Positions 13,060 through 25,155 of a stretch of 64,000 nucleotides of DNA are shown piece after piece. Every line of letters begins with the position of its first letter. Position 1 is the first letter of the stretch. The notes beneath the pieces were generated by a model. It did no database searches. It worked only from the letters and a program-made list of their open reading frames with translations, and was not told the DNA's origin. The DNA is from Camelus dromedarius (taxonomy: Eukaryota), in NCBI RefSeq assembly GCF_036321535.1, contig NC_087436.1, positions 82,708,001 through 82,772,000 on the forward strand, in the 5' to 3' direction. The translations under genes were made by a program, and so were the position numbers.

Positions 13060-13492
13060 TTACTGTCCCGTTTCTGTACTGTGACCCTCGGTCATAGCTG
13101 ATGGGTTTCCTGAGAGTCACGTAACCCTAGTTGGGCCCATCTGTCTCTTCATCAGGAGCTACAAGAGTAAAAGATAGGTGATTAGACCTATAACTTATCA
13201 AACTCAAAGCTGTCACTGGCTACTTTATTTTTTTGAAATGTAGATTAGGAAAAGGAAAACTGGCATGCAGAGAGAAATATCGATGAAGCCGATCTATAGA
13301 GATTGGAGAAAAGAGAGATGGAGAGAGTTTTAACAATGTTGAGTTCCTGGTTTTGGTTTGTTCCTGAAGCCCAGTTTCATTGCTGTCTTTGAGGTTTATC
13401 AATCATCCTAACATCTTCCCAATAAATTTCTCCTTTTCTTCTTAAAGTAGCTAGATTTAGTTCACTTACTTGCAACCAAAAAGTACTAATTA
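13060..13492 (+). mobile_element. MaLR LTR fragment (MLT1J/K-like)
   Basis: 3' end ttcccaataaatttctccttttcttcttaaagtagctagattt...tgcaaccaaaaagtactaa is typical of late MLT1 LTRs. Confidence 0.55.
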
Positions 13493-13677
13493 GAAATTGA
13501 TGTAAAAGAAGTGGGGCCTGCGAAAGACAGGCCCTAATATATGGAGCCTGCTGAGTTCAGGTGAGAAGGATTGAGGGTTCCGCTGCCGCTCATGCAGGAC
13601 GACGGGAAACTGCAGGTCCTGGGCTGCGGCAAAGAGGGCAGCTAAGCCATCCTGCTGTGTCTAGGGACTCAGACCTC

Positions 13678-13763
13678 ATTTTTAAAATGGAAATACTGGG
13701 GATTGAACCCAGTTACCCCGTGCATGCTAAACACACCCTCTACCACTGAGCTATACCCTCCCC
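13678..13763 (-). mobile_element. tRNA-Ala-derived SINE (vic-1-like), short copy lacking the 3' tail domain
   Basis: Minus strand reads ggggagggtatagctcagtggtagag...tttagcatgcac...gggttcaatccccag: A box, B box and an AGC anticodon loop. Confidence 0.85.
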
Positions 13764-14099
13764 GCTAACTTCATACTTTTAAGCAAACATAAGCTACTAG
13801 TATCAATAAGAAAATACCCCTAGGAATTACTTCAGTGAATAAGTAACAATATTTTAAATTATTCCGATAATTTTAAGGAGACAAATATTGCTAAAATATT
13901 TCAAGTTAGTAGATTGCCTTATATTTCTAAAATATTTCCTTTGAATTGTCATTTATATTACTAATATGCTTTACATACTCTATCTTAACCCAGAAACTGT
14001 GTATTGTCAAGATTAACAATCAAATGTTATTTTCCAAAATATCCTAAGGCTTTGCTCATCTTTGATCACAGATGTTCACCAATTTACTCTTTTTCTTGA

Positions 14100-14405
14100 T
14101 CTCATTGGAATGATAAAACTGTCTGGAACACCATTTCTGAGACTGTGTTTTATATTATAAGTAAATTATGGTCAAATAAATTTGGGAGCCAACAGAATAA
14201 ACAAAATGAATGGGTTCTTGATTGTAGGACTATTCAGGGCCTTTAATATGCTAACAGTTACAGTAAAACTCCAAAAAAGATGGAGTAAATAGTAGTTTTA
14301 AAAATTAAGCAACAAATATTTACTTCGCGGACCACCTGGTAACGTCTTGAGGAAGACCAGAGTTCTGTGGAACCCCGGATGGGTAAAACTGTTTGGAACG
14401 CTCCA
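14100..14405. mobile_element. hAT-Charlie non-autonomous element (MER112/113-like)
   Basis: taggactattcagggcctttaatatgctaa and gttctgtggaac...tttggaacgct resemble recalled MER113-type text. Confidence 0.45.
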
Positions 14406-14957
14406 TGTTATCACGTGACACAGGTCAAAGAGCAGCCGCAGCAGGTAGTGGACCGGCCAGCAGTGTGCATAGCTGAATGGTGACAACAAATCCTTTCATT
14501 GGAAACCCTCCTTTAGGATGGCTTGCAGAACAATAATTAATTTTATTATAGCTTGGATTTTTCCTCTAAACCATAATTTTTTCAATAACATAAATACTGT
14601 CTACAGGTGCTTATTTTTATAATAACCACCTCTTTTATTTCCAGGTGTTTCTGAGCTTGGCAATTTTATGTCTCTCTTAGTCACAAAAGTTCGTGACAAC
14701 TAGAAAAATGGAAGGCACTTTCTGTCTTCAGGCCACACATCTCCAAGTTCAAGAAATACACTGAGCCTTACTTTCTTCTGTAAGAAAAAAAAAGTAAAGT
14801 GTGCAACTTGGGGTGGTAAGGGGTGAAGGTGTCAGGAAGGAGAAGTTTCCAAAGCTGATGGAATGTGAGGTTGAGGAAGCTTTTAAAAATACTGAGTCCC
14901 GAGCCTCATGAAAGACCCTCTAAATCAAAACACACAGGCAAGGAGCTTAGAATGTTT

Positions 14958-15147
14958 ATCTTTAAAATAGGTAAACAACAAGGTCCTACTGTATAGCACA
15001 GGAAACCATATTCATTAGCTTGTAATAACCTATAAAGGAAAAGAATAGGAAAAGGAATATATATATGTATAATTGAATCACTATGCCATAGACCAGAAAC
15101 TAACAGAACATAGTAAATCAACTACACTTCATTTAAAAAAAAAAAAG
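14958..15147 (+). mobile_element. 5'-truncated L1 3' end (artiodactyl type) with poly-A
   Basis: taaacaacaaggtcctactgtatagcacagg...aattgaatcactatgccatagaccagaaactaac...aactacacttcattt followed by an A run. Confidence 0.9.
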
Positions 15148-15486
15148 CTTCCCAAGAGATTATGGTACAACTGGCTGCCAGACTGGCAGACTATAGTGTG
15201 CAGCAGATGTTTGCAAAAGCTTGACACCTTTGTCCCACAACCTCCTTAAAATTCAGATTTATGTGGCATTTAAGTCAGATTTACTTAGGGTGTTTTAAAT
15301 TGTTTTTCTTTCGAGAATAACATAATGATATTCAAAAAAGAATCTTGGACTTTTTTTCTCTCTGTGTGGGTTTCTCTTATTTGACTTCATGTTATATATT
15401 GAAGGACCCTCAGAGGCTACTGAGGAATTACATTTTTGGTGAATTACAGATTCCACACTTAATACTTTTTTAGGAGTCTCATCGTC

Positions 15487-15800
15487 TCATGGTTTCAATG
15501 ACCACCCATATGCAGATGGCCTTTCCCCAAATTTCAGATTTCTATATCCATCTCCACCTGGACTTCCCCACCTGGATGCTCCAAGGACATGTCAGAGGCA
15601 GCTTGCCATCCTCCACTCACTGCTGTTCTACTGCTCACACCATGCCTTCTCTCTCTCAGTGGGTGGCATTGCCATCCACCTCACTATCCAAATCCAAATC
15701 ATAGGAGCCATTGTTTGAGTCTTCCATAAATTTCATCTGTTATGATCCAACTTGATATCTCAAGTCCTGATCATTTTCTCTCCTAAATATTTACTATGTC
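15487..15800 (+). mobile_element. L2 RT-region remnant
   Basis: catggtttcaatgaccacccatatgcagatggc translates HGFNDHPYADG, matching the L2 HGFNYHLYADD motif. Confidence 0.75.
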
Positions 15801-15852
15801 TCTTCTCAGTTTCCAGAATCTAGAATTCAAGCAAGTAACAAATATTAGAATA

Positions 15853-15959
15853 TATTTTTATTTTATTGTATCTTATTTCTTTTTTATTGAAGTATAGTCA
15901 GTTTGCAATGTTGTGTTAATTTCTGGTGTACGGCACAGTGATTTGGTTATACACATACG
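15853..15959 (-). mobile_element. Very short L1 3' end
   Basis: ttttattgaagtatagtcagtttgcaatgttgtgttaatttctggtgtacggcacagtga. Confidence 0.85.
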
Positions 15960-15969
15960 AGTTTGGACT

Positions 15970-17100
15970 CAGTAACAAGACCAATAATGGGATATTTAAC
16001 TGGCTGGCAGGGTCAGGTATAAGGAACTGAGATCTGAGGTGTGAATAGAAATTGGCTAGTGAAGATATGAAGACAGTATTCCAGATCGAAAAAGCGGATG
16101 CCCAGAGGCCCTAAGGTAGTTGGGAGTTTTCGGATTTAAGGAAGGGAAAGGAAGCCAGTGCAGCTGGGGTGCAGAAAGTGAGAAGAGCATGGTTTAAACG
16201 GAGGTTACATAAAAACACAGCAGCCAGCTCCAGCTGGTCACCGTGTTAATCACTTGGCACGATGGAACCTGTGGGAGGTGTTGGGTAAGCTGTAAAGAAC
16301 AGCGTGATTGGGGTTTCATTTTGAAAATCATTCAGATTGCAGTGTAGTGAATGATTGTTACCAAAGACAAGTTCGTGTGCCCAACACACTATGAGGCCAA
16401 ACAAACCGAAACGTCAGAGTTTGGACCAGAAAAAGGTTTATTGCAGGGCCGAGCAAGGAGGACAGGGTGACTCATGCCCAAGAAAACCCTAAACTCCTCA
16501 AAGGGTTTCAGCAAAGCATATTTAAAGGCCAGATAAGGGAGAGGGGTCACAGGTACGTGATTCATCTTGTACATAATTCTCTGATTGGTTGATGTTGAGG
16601 TGACAAGGTGGTCAACACTATCAACCCTTAGGCACCAGAAGATCTGGGGACTATGTAGGCTCCATCCTCAAGTAGTTAATTTCTTCCCTTTGGTAGTGGT
16701 TTTTAGCATCTGAAAAACTCAGGAAATTCGCATGAGATACTGTTATCAAAGAGGAGCTACAGGAGAGGTTATGGGGGAAGGGTCTGTCCCCTGAAGGACC
16801 CACAGGGTCCTGCTCGGTTACTTGATGAGGTGAGTACCGAGTGAATGCAGATAGACCCCTTCAGGGAGAGATGATCATAGCTTGCGCTTAAGTGGTCGAA
16901 TGAGAAATGAGAGAAGTGATGGCTTGAAGATGGATGATGACAAAGAGGAGGCTGTCATGGAGAACAGTTCCCACTCACTGAAGAGAGCAGAGGGGAAGAT
17001 TATGAGTGTGATTTTGAATGTATTGAGTAATAGGTGCCTTTGAGACATCCAAGTAAAAATGTCTGGTGGTCCTTTGGGAGGAAAGAGTTATGTAAACATG
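15970..17100 (-). mobile_element. L2 element interrupted by an ERV1 solo LTR
   Basis: Reverse-strand L2 text (ggaagccagtgcagctgggg; ttttgaaaatcattcagattgcagtgtag) resumes after the LTR (gatgatcatagcttg; tttgagacatccaagt). Confidence 0.65.
16356..16822 (-). mobile_element. ERV1-class solo LTR with 4-bp TSD
   Basis: Starts tgtta and ends ggttact; TGAT flanks both sides (16352-16355, 16823-16826). Minus strand has CCAAT (16584-16588), TTTAAATAT (16518-16526) and AATAAA (16437-16442) in promoter order. Confidence 0.85.
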
Positions 17101-18286
17101 AGGTGACCCAGCATCCATTGCCCTGAGGGAAAGCTGTAACTGAGTTTTTTGTGGCCTGACAATACCTCTTGGAATGCAGAGACAGGCCCAGGGAAAGAAA
17201 TGGACCTACTGGCTTAATGCGTCATACTTTCTTCCTTTACAATGTCTATTTTGAGCCCCCAACCCTCTGGGTGGCCCACACTTTACCACAGTCAGTCAGA
17301 GACCTAGAAGTTTCTCCAGATCTGTGTCTAAATGGGGTGCTTGAGTGGTGCCAGCCTCCTTGCAGGGAGGCACATGGTCCTTAATATCATCTGTCTACAC
17401 AGTTGTCCTCTGACGCCACTTCTCTCTAGTGTCCGTCACCACTCCACCAAGCTGCAGTAGCAAGTCCCTTATCCTGTCCTCGTGATCCCTTCAGGTATAG
17501 CAGCTCTTCTGATTTCTTCCTCATCACTTGAGAGACAGGAATTACTCTGCTGCTTGCATCACGACCTGCAGTACAGGACTCTGAGTCTCTCTTCGGCTCA
17601 GTGGACCCTGACTCAACATGCTGCTCTGTCCTCTTGTCACCTACTCAGATCTCTACCGTGGAAACAAGGTAGCATAAACCCTCTGCTCCCAGGTACCTCC
17701 AATTTCTGGACTCTTTCTGACTCCCCAGGGCTCTACACCGGGAGTGGGAAACAGATCTTCTCACTCAGTCGCTCCAAAGCCTCTTGAGGGTCCTGTCATG
17801 CCTCAGGGGCTCTGACTTGTTAAATAGGTGAGAACAAGACTCAGCTCTCTGATCCCCACCCACAGCTTTACCCTCCTTGATCAGACTCCAGCTCTCTTCC
17901 CTCCATGCAGCTTGCGGACTAGCCTTTAAGTCTGCCTTTGTCTATGCCAGGATCACTCTGCTTTCTCCTTAGGGTTTTGGTTTTTGAAAAACAAAGTAAG
18001 GAAGAAACTCATATGCTCCTTTCTGCAAGGAATGGAGTTTAGAAGAATTTAGCTCTTCAAACAGAAGTAAAAGAGGGGAAATATGAAAGAGAAGATCAAT
18101 ATTTTTTTTAAAAAATCTTCATGCCACATGCATGAGAGAAGGTTCCCCTTCACCTCTCCTAGAGGATTTTATGATCAGATTAAACTGTATAGGTTATAAT
18201 GGAAAATATGTTGTGTAATTAATCGTATTACCAGAAAAGGAATACACTTATACACATATAGTTATGATTCTTATTTGCATAAGTCT

Positions 18287-18687
18287 TGCTAGGGGCTGAA
18301 TTATGTACCCTCAAAATTCTTATGTTGAAGCCCCAATCCTCAACGTGATGGCATTCAGAGATGCAGTCTTTGCCAGGTAGTTAGGTTAAGATGAAGTCAT
18401 TAGGCTGGGGTCCTCATGATGGCCTGAGCACCCTTTTAAGAGGAGACATTGGAGAGCTGAATTCCTTTCTGTCTCTCTCCAGTTGTGTGCCTGAGGAAAC
18501 CCCATGTGGGGACACGGCAAGAAGGTAGCCATCTGCAACCCAAGGAAAAAACCCTCACCAGACACTGACCCTGCTGGCGCCTGGACTGTAGACTTCTAGA
18601 CTCCAGAACTGTGAGAAATAAATTCCCATTGTTTTAAGCCACCTAATTTACGGCATATTGTTACAGCAGCTTGAGTTGACTAAAACA
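18287..18687 (+). mobile_element. MaLR solo LTR (MLT1A-like)
   Basis: tgctaggggctgaattatgtaccctcaaaattc...ccagaactgtgagaaataaattc...taagccacc...gactaaaaca; 5-bp TSD agtct/aatct (4/5). Confidence 0.9.
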
Positions 18688-20725
18688 AATCTCAACTGGT
18701 AAGACGGTCCATTGCTATTTTCCTAATATGAAATGGCGCCCCTTCATAACTGAATTTAATTGGAATCCTGTGAGGCAAAACTAACTGAAACTGCAAGTTG
18801 CAACTAACTGAATGTGCGACGTTAAAATCATTATTTCTGCCCTGCAAGGTCCACAAGATAAGACTTTATTCCAGTCATATTTTAATACATTGTTTTTCCA
18901 AGAGCCACCAGGAGCTCTTTATAGGTTTCCCAGCATTAATATAGGAGGTGAGGTTTGAATGCAATGTAGCAGAATTAAAAGCACCACCACATATTTGTTA
19001 TGTGTTGGAAGAAGAATATTTCAGGGAAAAAGAAAAGCTAGATTAGATTTTCCTTATACCAAGAATGATTTACTCCTCATTCTATCTAACCTAATGAAAA
19101 ATAAATTTCTCTAAGTATATAAAAGAAAAACAAACCAATAGTTTTAAGACCATCAGAGTACAGTTAGAGAACATGAATTAAGGGGGTATCCCTTGTGAAG
19201 TTATGCTTCAGAGCCTGGGGGTATCAGTGACTGTCAACAATGTGAAACTAAGTTAATGGTGTTTTAGTTAATTGTATGGGTACATAATGAACACGCCTGC
19301 AGGAAAGACGGTTAAGAGAATAATACAAGTATTAGAATATAACCTTATTTTTTTAAATCCTTTAGCTCACTATTTTTAATGCTCTCATGCTAAACTTCAG
19401 TAGGTAACTTTTTGACTTTCAACGTTACCATGTGCTAGTAAAGTGAAATGAATCTACTTTATTAAAAGAGGGCACAAAAGGTATACAAGATGCTTTCTGT
19501 TGTTATTTGTGCTATTTTACTTCTGAAAAAAACAAACTTGAATGGAAAGGAGACGGGAACTGATATTCTAGTATTCCGTAAATTTTTTCTTAGAACCAGT
19601 AAGAGATGCTAAGTAACATATCCTTCATTATTTGATATTGGGAAAGAATTCTATACAAATGAAGACAAATTTACAAACTTCCCTAACAGTTAACTGAACA
19701 AAAGAAAATACTTGGATTCTTTATTAACTTAGAATTTACATCTTTGCATTCTTTAGTATATTTACATTGTTACCTTCAAATATCTTTGAGTGCTTTTTCT
19801 AAAATTTTTCCTAACATCCAAACAGCTTTTGAAAGAAGGCTACTGATCTAATCTGTAGGTCAATGTAATGTAATTGCACTAATTTATACTAGGAAGGTAC
19901 ACAATGCCTTAAAAATAATTAAACTGTGGCTAAAAAATCCAGTGCCCAACCACGGAAAAGAAAATATATTTAACATTGCCTAACTAAGATCATAGACATA
20001 TTTACTCTTGATTTTAAGGCAAGGCCTGTGAACTTTTCCTTTAATTAGGCGTAATATTTTTTAGCCAATAAGAAAGACCATGATTTGATTTTTTTTTAAA
20101 GTCAGAAATAAGTTCCCACGGAGAGAAAGCTAACTCATTGAGTTTGTGGCATTCCGTGGAAAAGAAACTGTGGGTTACTCAAACCTCCTCTTGATTCTTT
20201 GGCCAGCCGCAGAGCCAATGTTGGCAAATGGATAGAACATACATTTCCAAGTTTGCCAAATAAAGACAGCTGCTGCCTAGAGTTTTAAAGGCCACTGTGG
20301 CGGTATTTCTAAAACAAAACAAAAACCAAAACCAATCTGACCTGAGCTTGACAACAGTGGCTGTCAGATTCAAAGAGCTGATTGACATACTCTTTCCTTC
20401 AATGCACTTTCTATAATTGTCAACTATTTTATTTAAATTCTCTTATTAGTGGTTTTATCTCTATAACTAGAATATAAGCTCCACAAGTCAGTGCCTGTCT
20501 AGCTCACTGTTTTATTTCCACTGTGAGCAAAGTAGCTGGCATATGACAAAGAGGCCTAGGAACTCTGTGCTCTGCTTTTATCCTCACCTTATTGGGTTGC
20601 CACTTTATAGAGTGCATCAGGAAAGTTAAAGTATAAGGAATTTCAGATGTGAATATATTGATGTGAAATCATTTCCCCCTTCTCAGCCAGAAAATCATTC
20701 AAAAGAAATAAGTCAGAGCTTCTTT

Positions 20726-21439
20726 TTAAAATTTTTTTAAAGTTTTTAAAAACTGAAGTATAGTTGATGTACAATATTATGTACGTTACAGGCATACAAT
20801 ATAATGATTCACAATTTTTAAAGGTTTTATTCCATTTATAGTTATTATAAAATAGTACAATAGATTTGTGAGTATATACAAAACTTTATTTTTTGTCCTT
20901 ATTTTAAAATTGTACGATAGATCCTTGAGCTTATTTTATACATAATAGTTTGTACCTCTTAACCCCAACCTATATATTGCCCTTCTCTCCTTCCCTTTCT
21001 CACACTGGTGACCACTAGTTTGTTCTCTATGTCTGTGTGTTTGTTTCTTTGTTGTTATATTCATCAGTTTGTTGTATTTTTTAGATTCTACATTTAATAC
21101 ATTTGATATCATATGGTATTTGTCTTTTTCTGTCTGACTTATTTCACTTAGCATAATACCCTCCAAGTCCATCAATGTTGTTGCNNNNNNNNNNNNNNNN
21201 NNNNNNNNNNNNNNNNNNNNNNNNNNNNNNNNNNNNNNNNNNNNNNNNNNNNNNNNNNNNNNNNNNNNNNNNNNNNNNNNNNNNNNNNNNNNNNNNNNNN
21301 NNNNNNNNNNNNNNNNCTGCTATGAACACTGGGGTGCATGTATCTTTGTGAACTAGCATTTTTGTTTCTTTCAGATGTCCACGCAGAAGTGGAATTGCTG
21401 GGTCATGTGGTAGTTCTGTTTTTAGTTTTTTGACATTGC
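20726..21439 (-). mobile_element. 5'-truncated L1 (3'UTR plus ORF2 end) with 12-bp TSD
   Basis: Minus ORFs MDLEGIMLSEISQTEKDKYHMIS and MLVHKDTCTPVFIA are L1 ORF2 C-terminus; TSD CAGAGCTTCTTT at 20714-20725 and 21440-21451. Confidence 0.95.
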
Positions 21440-21899
21440 CAGAGCTTCTTTATGCATTTGTGAGTATATACAAAACTTTATTTTTTGTCCTTAGTTTTTA
21501 CACAAACAGTAGCATCTTAGGCAAGACTATTCTGTCCTACACTTTTTTATTGAAAATGTATATCTTGAAAATCTCCTTATCGGCGTACAGAAAGTTAGAG
21601 GTGAATTCTCAAGGAATGGGTGGATCTAACTTATTTACTGGCATTCTATCAGTAAGCATCTGATGCAATGATAAACTTGTACACATGTCATTCCAAATGT
21701 GTGCAAGCAAATCTGTAAAATAAATTCACGTAAGTGAAATTGCTCAGTCAAAGGGCATGTTCATTTATGATTCTGCCACATTGCCCTGCACAGAAGTTGT
21801 AAAATTTTAGATTTCCACCAATGCGGATGAGGCCAACTAAGATCTCACAGCCTCCTTGACCCCTAAATGCTGTTTTAATGGTTAACTGTTCTTCCTTTG

Positions 21900-22110
21900 T
21901 GCCAGGAACTGTTGTTAAGCTTGTTATCCAAATTTACACATTTAATCCTTAAAATAACATCACTATGAGACAGGAATAATTCTGATTCCCATTTTACAAA
22001 TGAAGAAACTGGAGGACAAAAAGTCAAAAAATGTGTTCAAAGTTTATCTGGTGGTAGGACTCAGACCCACATAGTCCAGCTCCAAACACAGGCTCTTACC
22101 CAATACTCCA
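21900..22110 (+). mobile_element. MIR SINE
   Basis: cccattttacaaatgaagaaactggagg core; tgtgccaggaactg head. Confidence 0.7.
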
Positions 22111-22729
22111 TATAAATTCTTTAATCAGATTTTATACTTTTGCCAATATAAGAGCTGAAAATAGTATATTTTTCCCCAAGTGGAAGCATTTGATTTATCT
22201 GTCATCAGTATGTGGTCAGAGAGAGGTTTTTTGAGGTAGTATGGGGAAACCTGCATGCTTCTGTGCTATTAGGAACAATCCAGGGGAGAGGGAATTTTTC
22301 AACTAGGAGGCAGGTGAGGATTGCTGGAGTGGTGCCTTGAACAGCCAAGAGCAAGCAGATCTTGTGCACCTTGGATCCGAGTACAGACAGGTTACCTATA
22401 GTGACCCATGGAATGGAAAAGTACATGGGCACGCACGCTACTGGTTGGGCTGGAAGTCTGTGCCAGCTTACTTCTGAGTGCTTCATTTTTCCTGAGTGTA
22501 TTAGCAAAGCAGGTCATCAGCTGAGAATGTGGATCAAGGAGAGGAAGACATGAAGCAGTAGCTAGTAGAGAGAGAATGAAAGAACTGGAGAGACATAGTA
22601 TGAATGGGAAGCAGCGTTCGCAGGCCCCTTGAAATTCATCATTGACAACAAAGCAAGACCAATCAGTGTGGTTTTATCTTGTCACATTTAGTTGAATAGA
22701 CCCAGGGTGGGTAGGTAGATTTAATCAGA

Positions 22730-23030
22730 GTTGGGGTTTCAGACAGCAAGTTCAACCAGGTGAGAGAGGGCAAGTACATATAATATGTTGATTAAAATGA
22801 TGGACCATGGGATTTGAGATATATAAGGAAGACCAGTGTAAAGGCAGAGTTGAAGGATTATTGCGATTGGGGTACTGGAGAAAATGAGCTGGAAATCCAA
22901 GAGGGGTGATGCTCAAAGAGGGATTCATGAAACAAGATTTATGAAGGAACTCCAAATATTGAGAATGAACAATAATAAGTTTTATGTAATGACCATGGGA
23001 GTGTCTGAAGTAAGACAGAGGACAAAAATC
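22730..23030 (-). mobile_element. L2 ORF remnant (endonuclease/linker)
   Basis: Minus ORF 22752..23168 contains HSHGHYIKLII (L2 HSHGHTLDLVIT) and MVHHFNQ (L2 MVHHYNH). Confidence 0.65.
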
Positions 23031-23239
23031 TTTGTATAGTTTTCCCCAAGCCTCATTAAGAAAGGAAAGACAAATCGAAGAGGACAAATGACAGTACATG
23101 AACGTATCAACAAAATTTGGCATACAGAATGCAAATGGATAAGAGGGGAAAAGTGGAATATAGAACAATTAGCAGAAAAAGAAACCAAATAATGAGGGGA
23201 AAAAAGTAATGGGCTTACAAGAAGCATAGATAAAAACAG

Positions 23240-23460
23240 AGATATCAAAATGTTGGAAGCAAAGGTTGAAAAATATATACAATGCCAACCTAATCCAGAA
23301 AGAAAGTTGGTAGAGCAATACTAATATTAGACAAAGACAAAGTAGACTTTAAACTGAAAATCATTACTAGGGATTGAGAATAATGAAAAGGACCAGTCTA
23401 CCAGGAAATGCAGCAATTCTAAATTTGTAGGACCTAGTAACTTAATCTGAAATAATACAA
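23240..23460 (+). mobile_element. Old L1 ORF2 endonuclease fragment
   Basis: aaaggttgaaaaatatatacaatgccaacctaatccagaaagaaagttggtagagcaatactaatattagacaaag...gactttaaa corresponds to KGWKKIYHANxNQKKAGVAILISDKVDFK with indels. Confidence 0.75.
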
Positions 23461-24773
23461 ATTTCTATACTTACTATTAAATTTTCCAAGTTTAAAATAT
23501 ACATACTCACTAAGAAAGCAATTATGCCACTCCAAATAATTTGGAGTTTTTTCCCTATGAAAATATTATTAGGCTTATTTCTCAACATGCTGATTTGTTG
23601 TCTATTTTTTAAGTACCAGAGGCATCAGTCAGGATGCCACCAGATCCTTATTTATGGGACACAGTGAACCATTTTGTAGTTTCTACATCAATGACTCCAA
23701 ACATAAAGGAAAGCTTGGGTACATACCTATTCTCTCAGATTTGAATAATTTTATTGCCTATTTTCAAGCAAAGTTAGCCTGTAATCCTCATTCAGCAGCT
23801 ACACACATAACTGAAGTTTGTAATTCATTGGCTCTTAAGATATGCCAATGTCTTCTTATCCACTGGCTAAAAACCATTAACAGAATTTATAATTCTCTCC
23901 TTTTTCTCTGACTTGTTGGAACATACAACTTTTAATAATACTAGAATGTCTGATTGGATTCTGCAAATCTCAAGGCTGTGTCTGAACCTATTCAGAGCAT
24001 AACTGCTACGAGCAGTTGGTCCAACGTGAGGAATTGGAATGCATGAGCGCAACTGATGTATCACATAACTGTATTTTATTCTGTTTGTAACATGCCATAT
24101 TTCCAGCATGTCATGACCCTTACTTTTTTAGTTCTTACTCCTCCAGGACAAGAAAGACCAAAAAAAAAAAGAAACCATCGGGTGGCCGCTGGAGCACTGA
24201 CCTCAGAACTGGTCCCAGAAGTTGGGTATCCACACACACTAATTGTGTCCTTCACTTGCGTCTTCTCAGAAGAAAAGCCAAGAATAAAATTGCCATGAAG
24301 GACAAGCTCCTTCTCACCACTGGGGGTGGCCTCCTTACTGCAGGGTGAAGTCCCGTGCTGGCTTGCTGCCCCATACGTACACGAGGCCGATGCTTGTGCT
24401 ATTCCTAGTGTGTGGAGAAGGAAGGCGGATGATCTCCTGGGACATCTAGCATCCATGACTCAGCAGCAAATCTTTCTACAAAAGTTAAGAGAATGTAAAA
24501 TATGCAAAAACGTAGGCAAGAGGAGACTCAGTGACATTACTCAGAACTTTCTTTCATGATCTGTGCTATGTCATCACTTAGCATAGCTTTATATAGTAAG
24601 AGATTTGTAAATACCTTTCTGAACACTTACAGAGTTGGACTACTGATAATAAAATGTGATACTGGTCAGTCCCCAGCAGAGTAATCGTGAGTGGGCAGGC
24701 CCACTTGACTCTCACACATTCTCCTACATCAGCTCCATTAGTGACCAAGTTGATATTTCGACTGCCACCTCCC

Positions 24774-24967
24774 CAAGGCTGGCTTCACGGGCTTGCCACC
24801 TGCGCAGTCACACAGGGCCCCGTGCTTGGAGGGTCCCTGTGCTTAGAAGTCCTTGGACTTGGTTTAATGCACTGCTGTTTCCTGTCTTGAAATTTTTACT
24901 GATTATTAAACAAGGGGGTTCATATTTTCATTTTGTGCTGAGCCCTCAAATTATGAAGGCAGTCCTG
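24774..24967 (+). mobile_element. hAT-Tip100 MITE (MER45A-like)
   Basis: caaggctggcttcacgggcttgccacctgcgcagtcacacagggccccg...ttggtttaatgc...tcttgaaatt...aaattatgaaggcagtcctg matches the recalled consensus, including CAGG/CCTG-type termini. Confidence 0.8.
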
Positions 24968-24990
24968 AGTATACTGTCCATTAACTTTTA

Positions 24991-25155
24991 AAAAATATTT
25001 CCCTTTTTTTCCTTATTTATTTATTTATTGGGGGGTGATTAGGTTTATTTATTTATTTTATGGATGTACTGGGGATTGAACCCAGGACCTCACGCATGCT
25101 AAGCCCGCACTCTACCACTGAGCTATACCCTCCTCACTAACCACCCCCTGCCCCG
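24991..25155 (-). mobile_element. tRNA-Ala-derived SINE (vic-1-like) with perfect 15-bp TSD and a 20-nt 5' extension
   Basis: A box TAGCTCAGTGG, B box GGTTCAATCC, tail aaacctaatcacccccc; TSD GTCCATTAACTTTTA at 24976-24990 and 25156-25170. Confidence 0.95.

Noticed and set aside
13514-13556. GGGCCTG-C-GAAA-G-A-CAGGCCC hairpin followed by CTGAG, considered as a hammerhead ribozyme
   Set aside because: No CUGANGA core (reads CTGAGTT) and no stem III or cleavage triplet; a 7-bp stem is expected by chance.
13688-13763. tRNA-Ala(AGC) gene call for this and the other four tRNA-like elements
   Set aside because: Anticodon arm and A/B boxes persist, but acceptor stems do not pair, and the other four copies have SINE tails and TSDs. 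They are SINEs, not tRNA genes.
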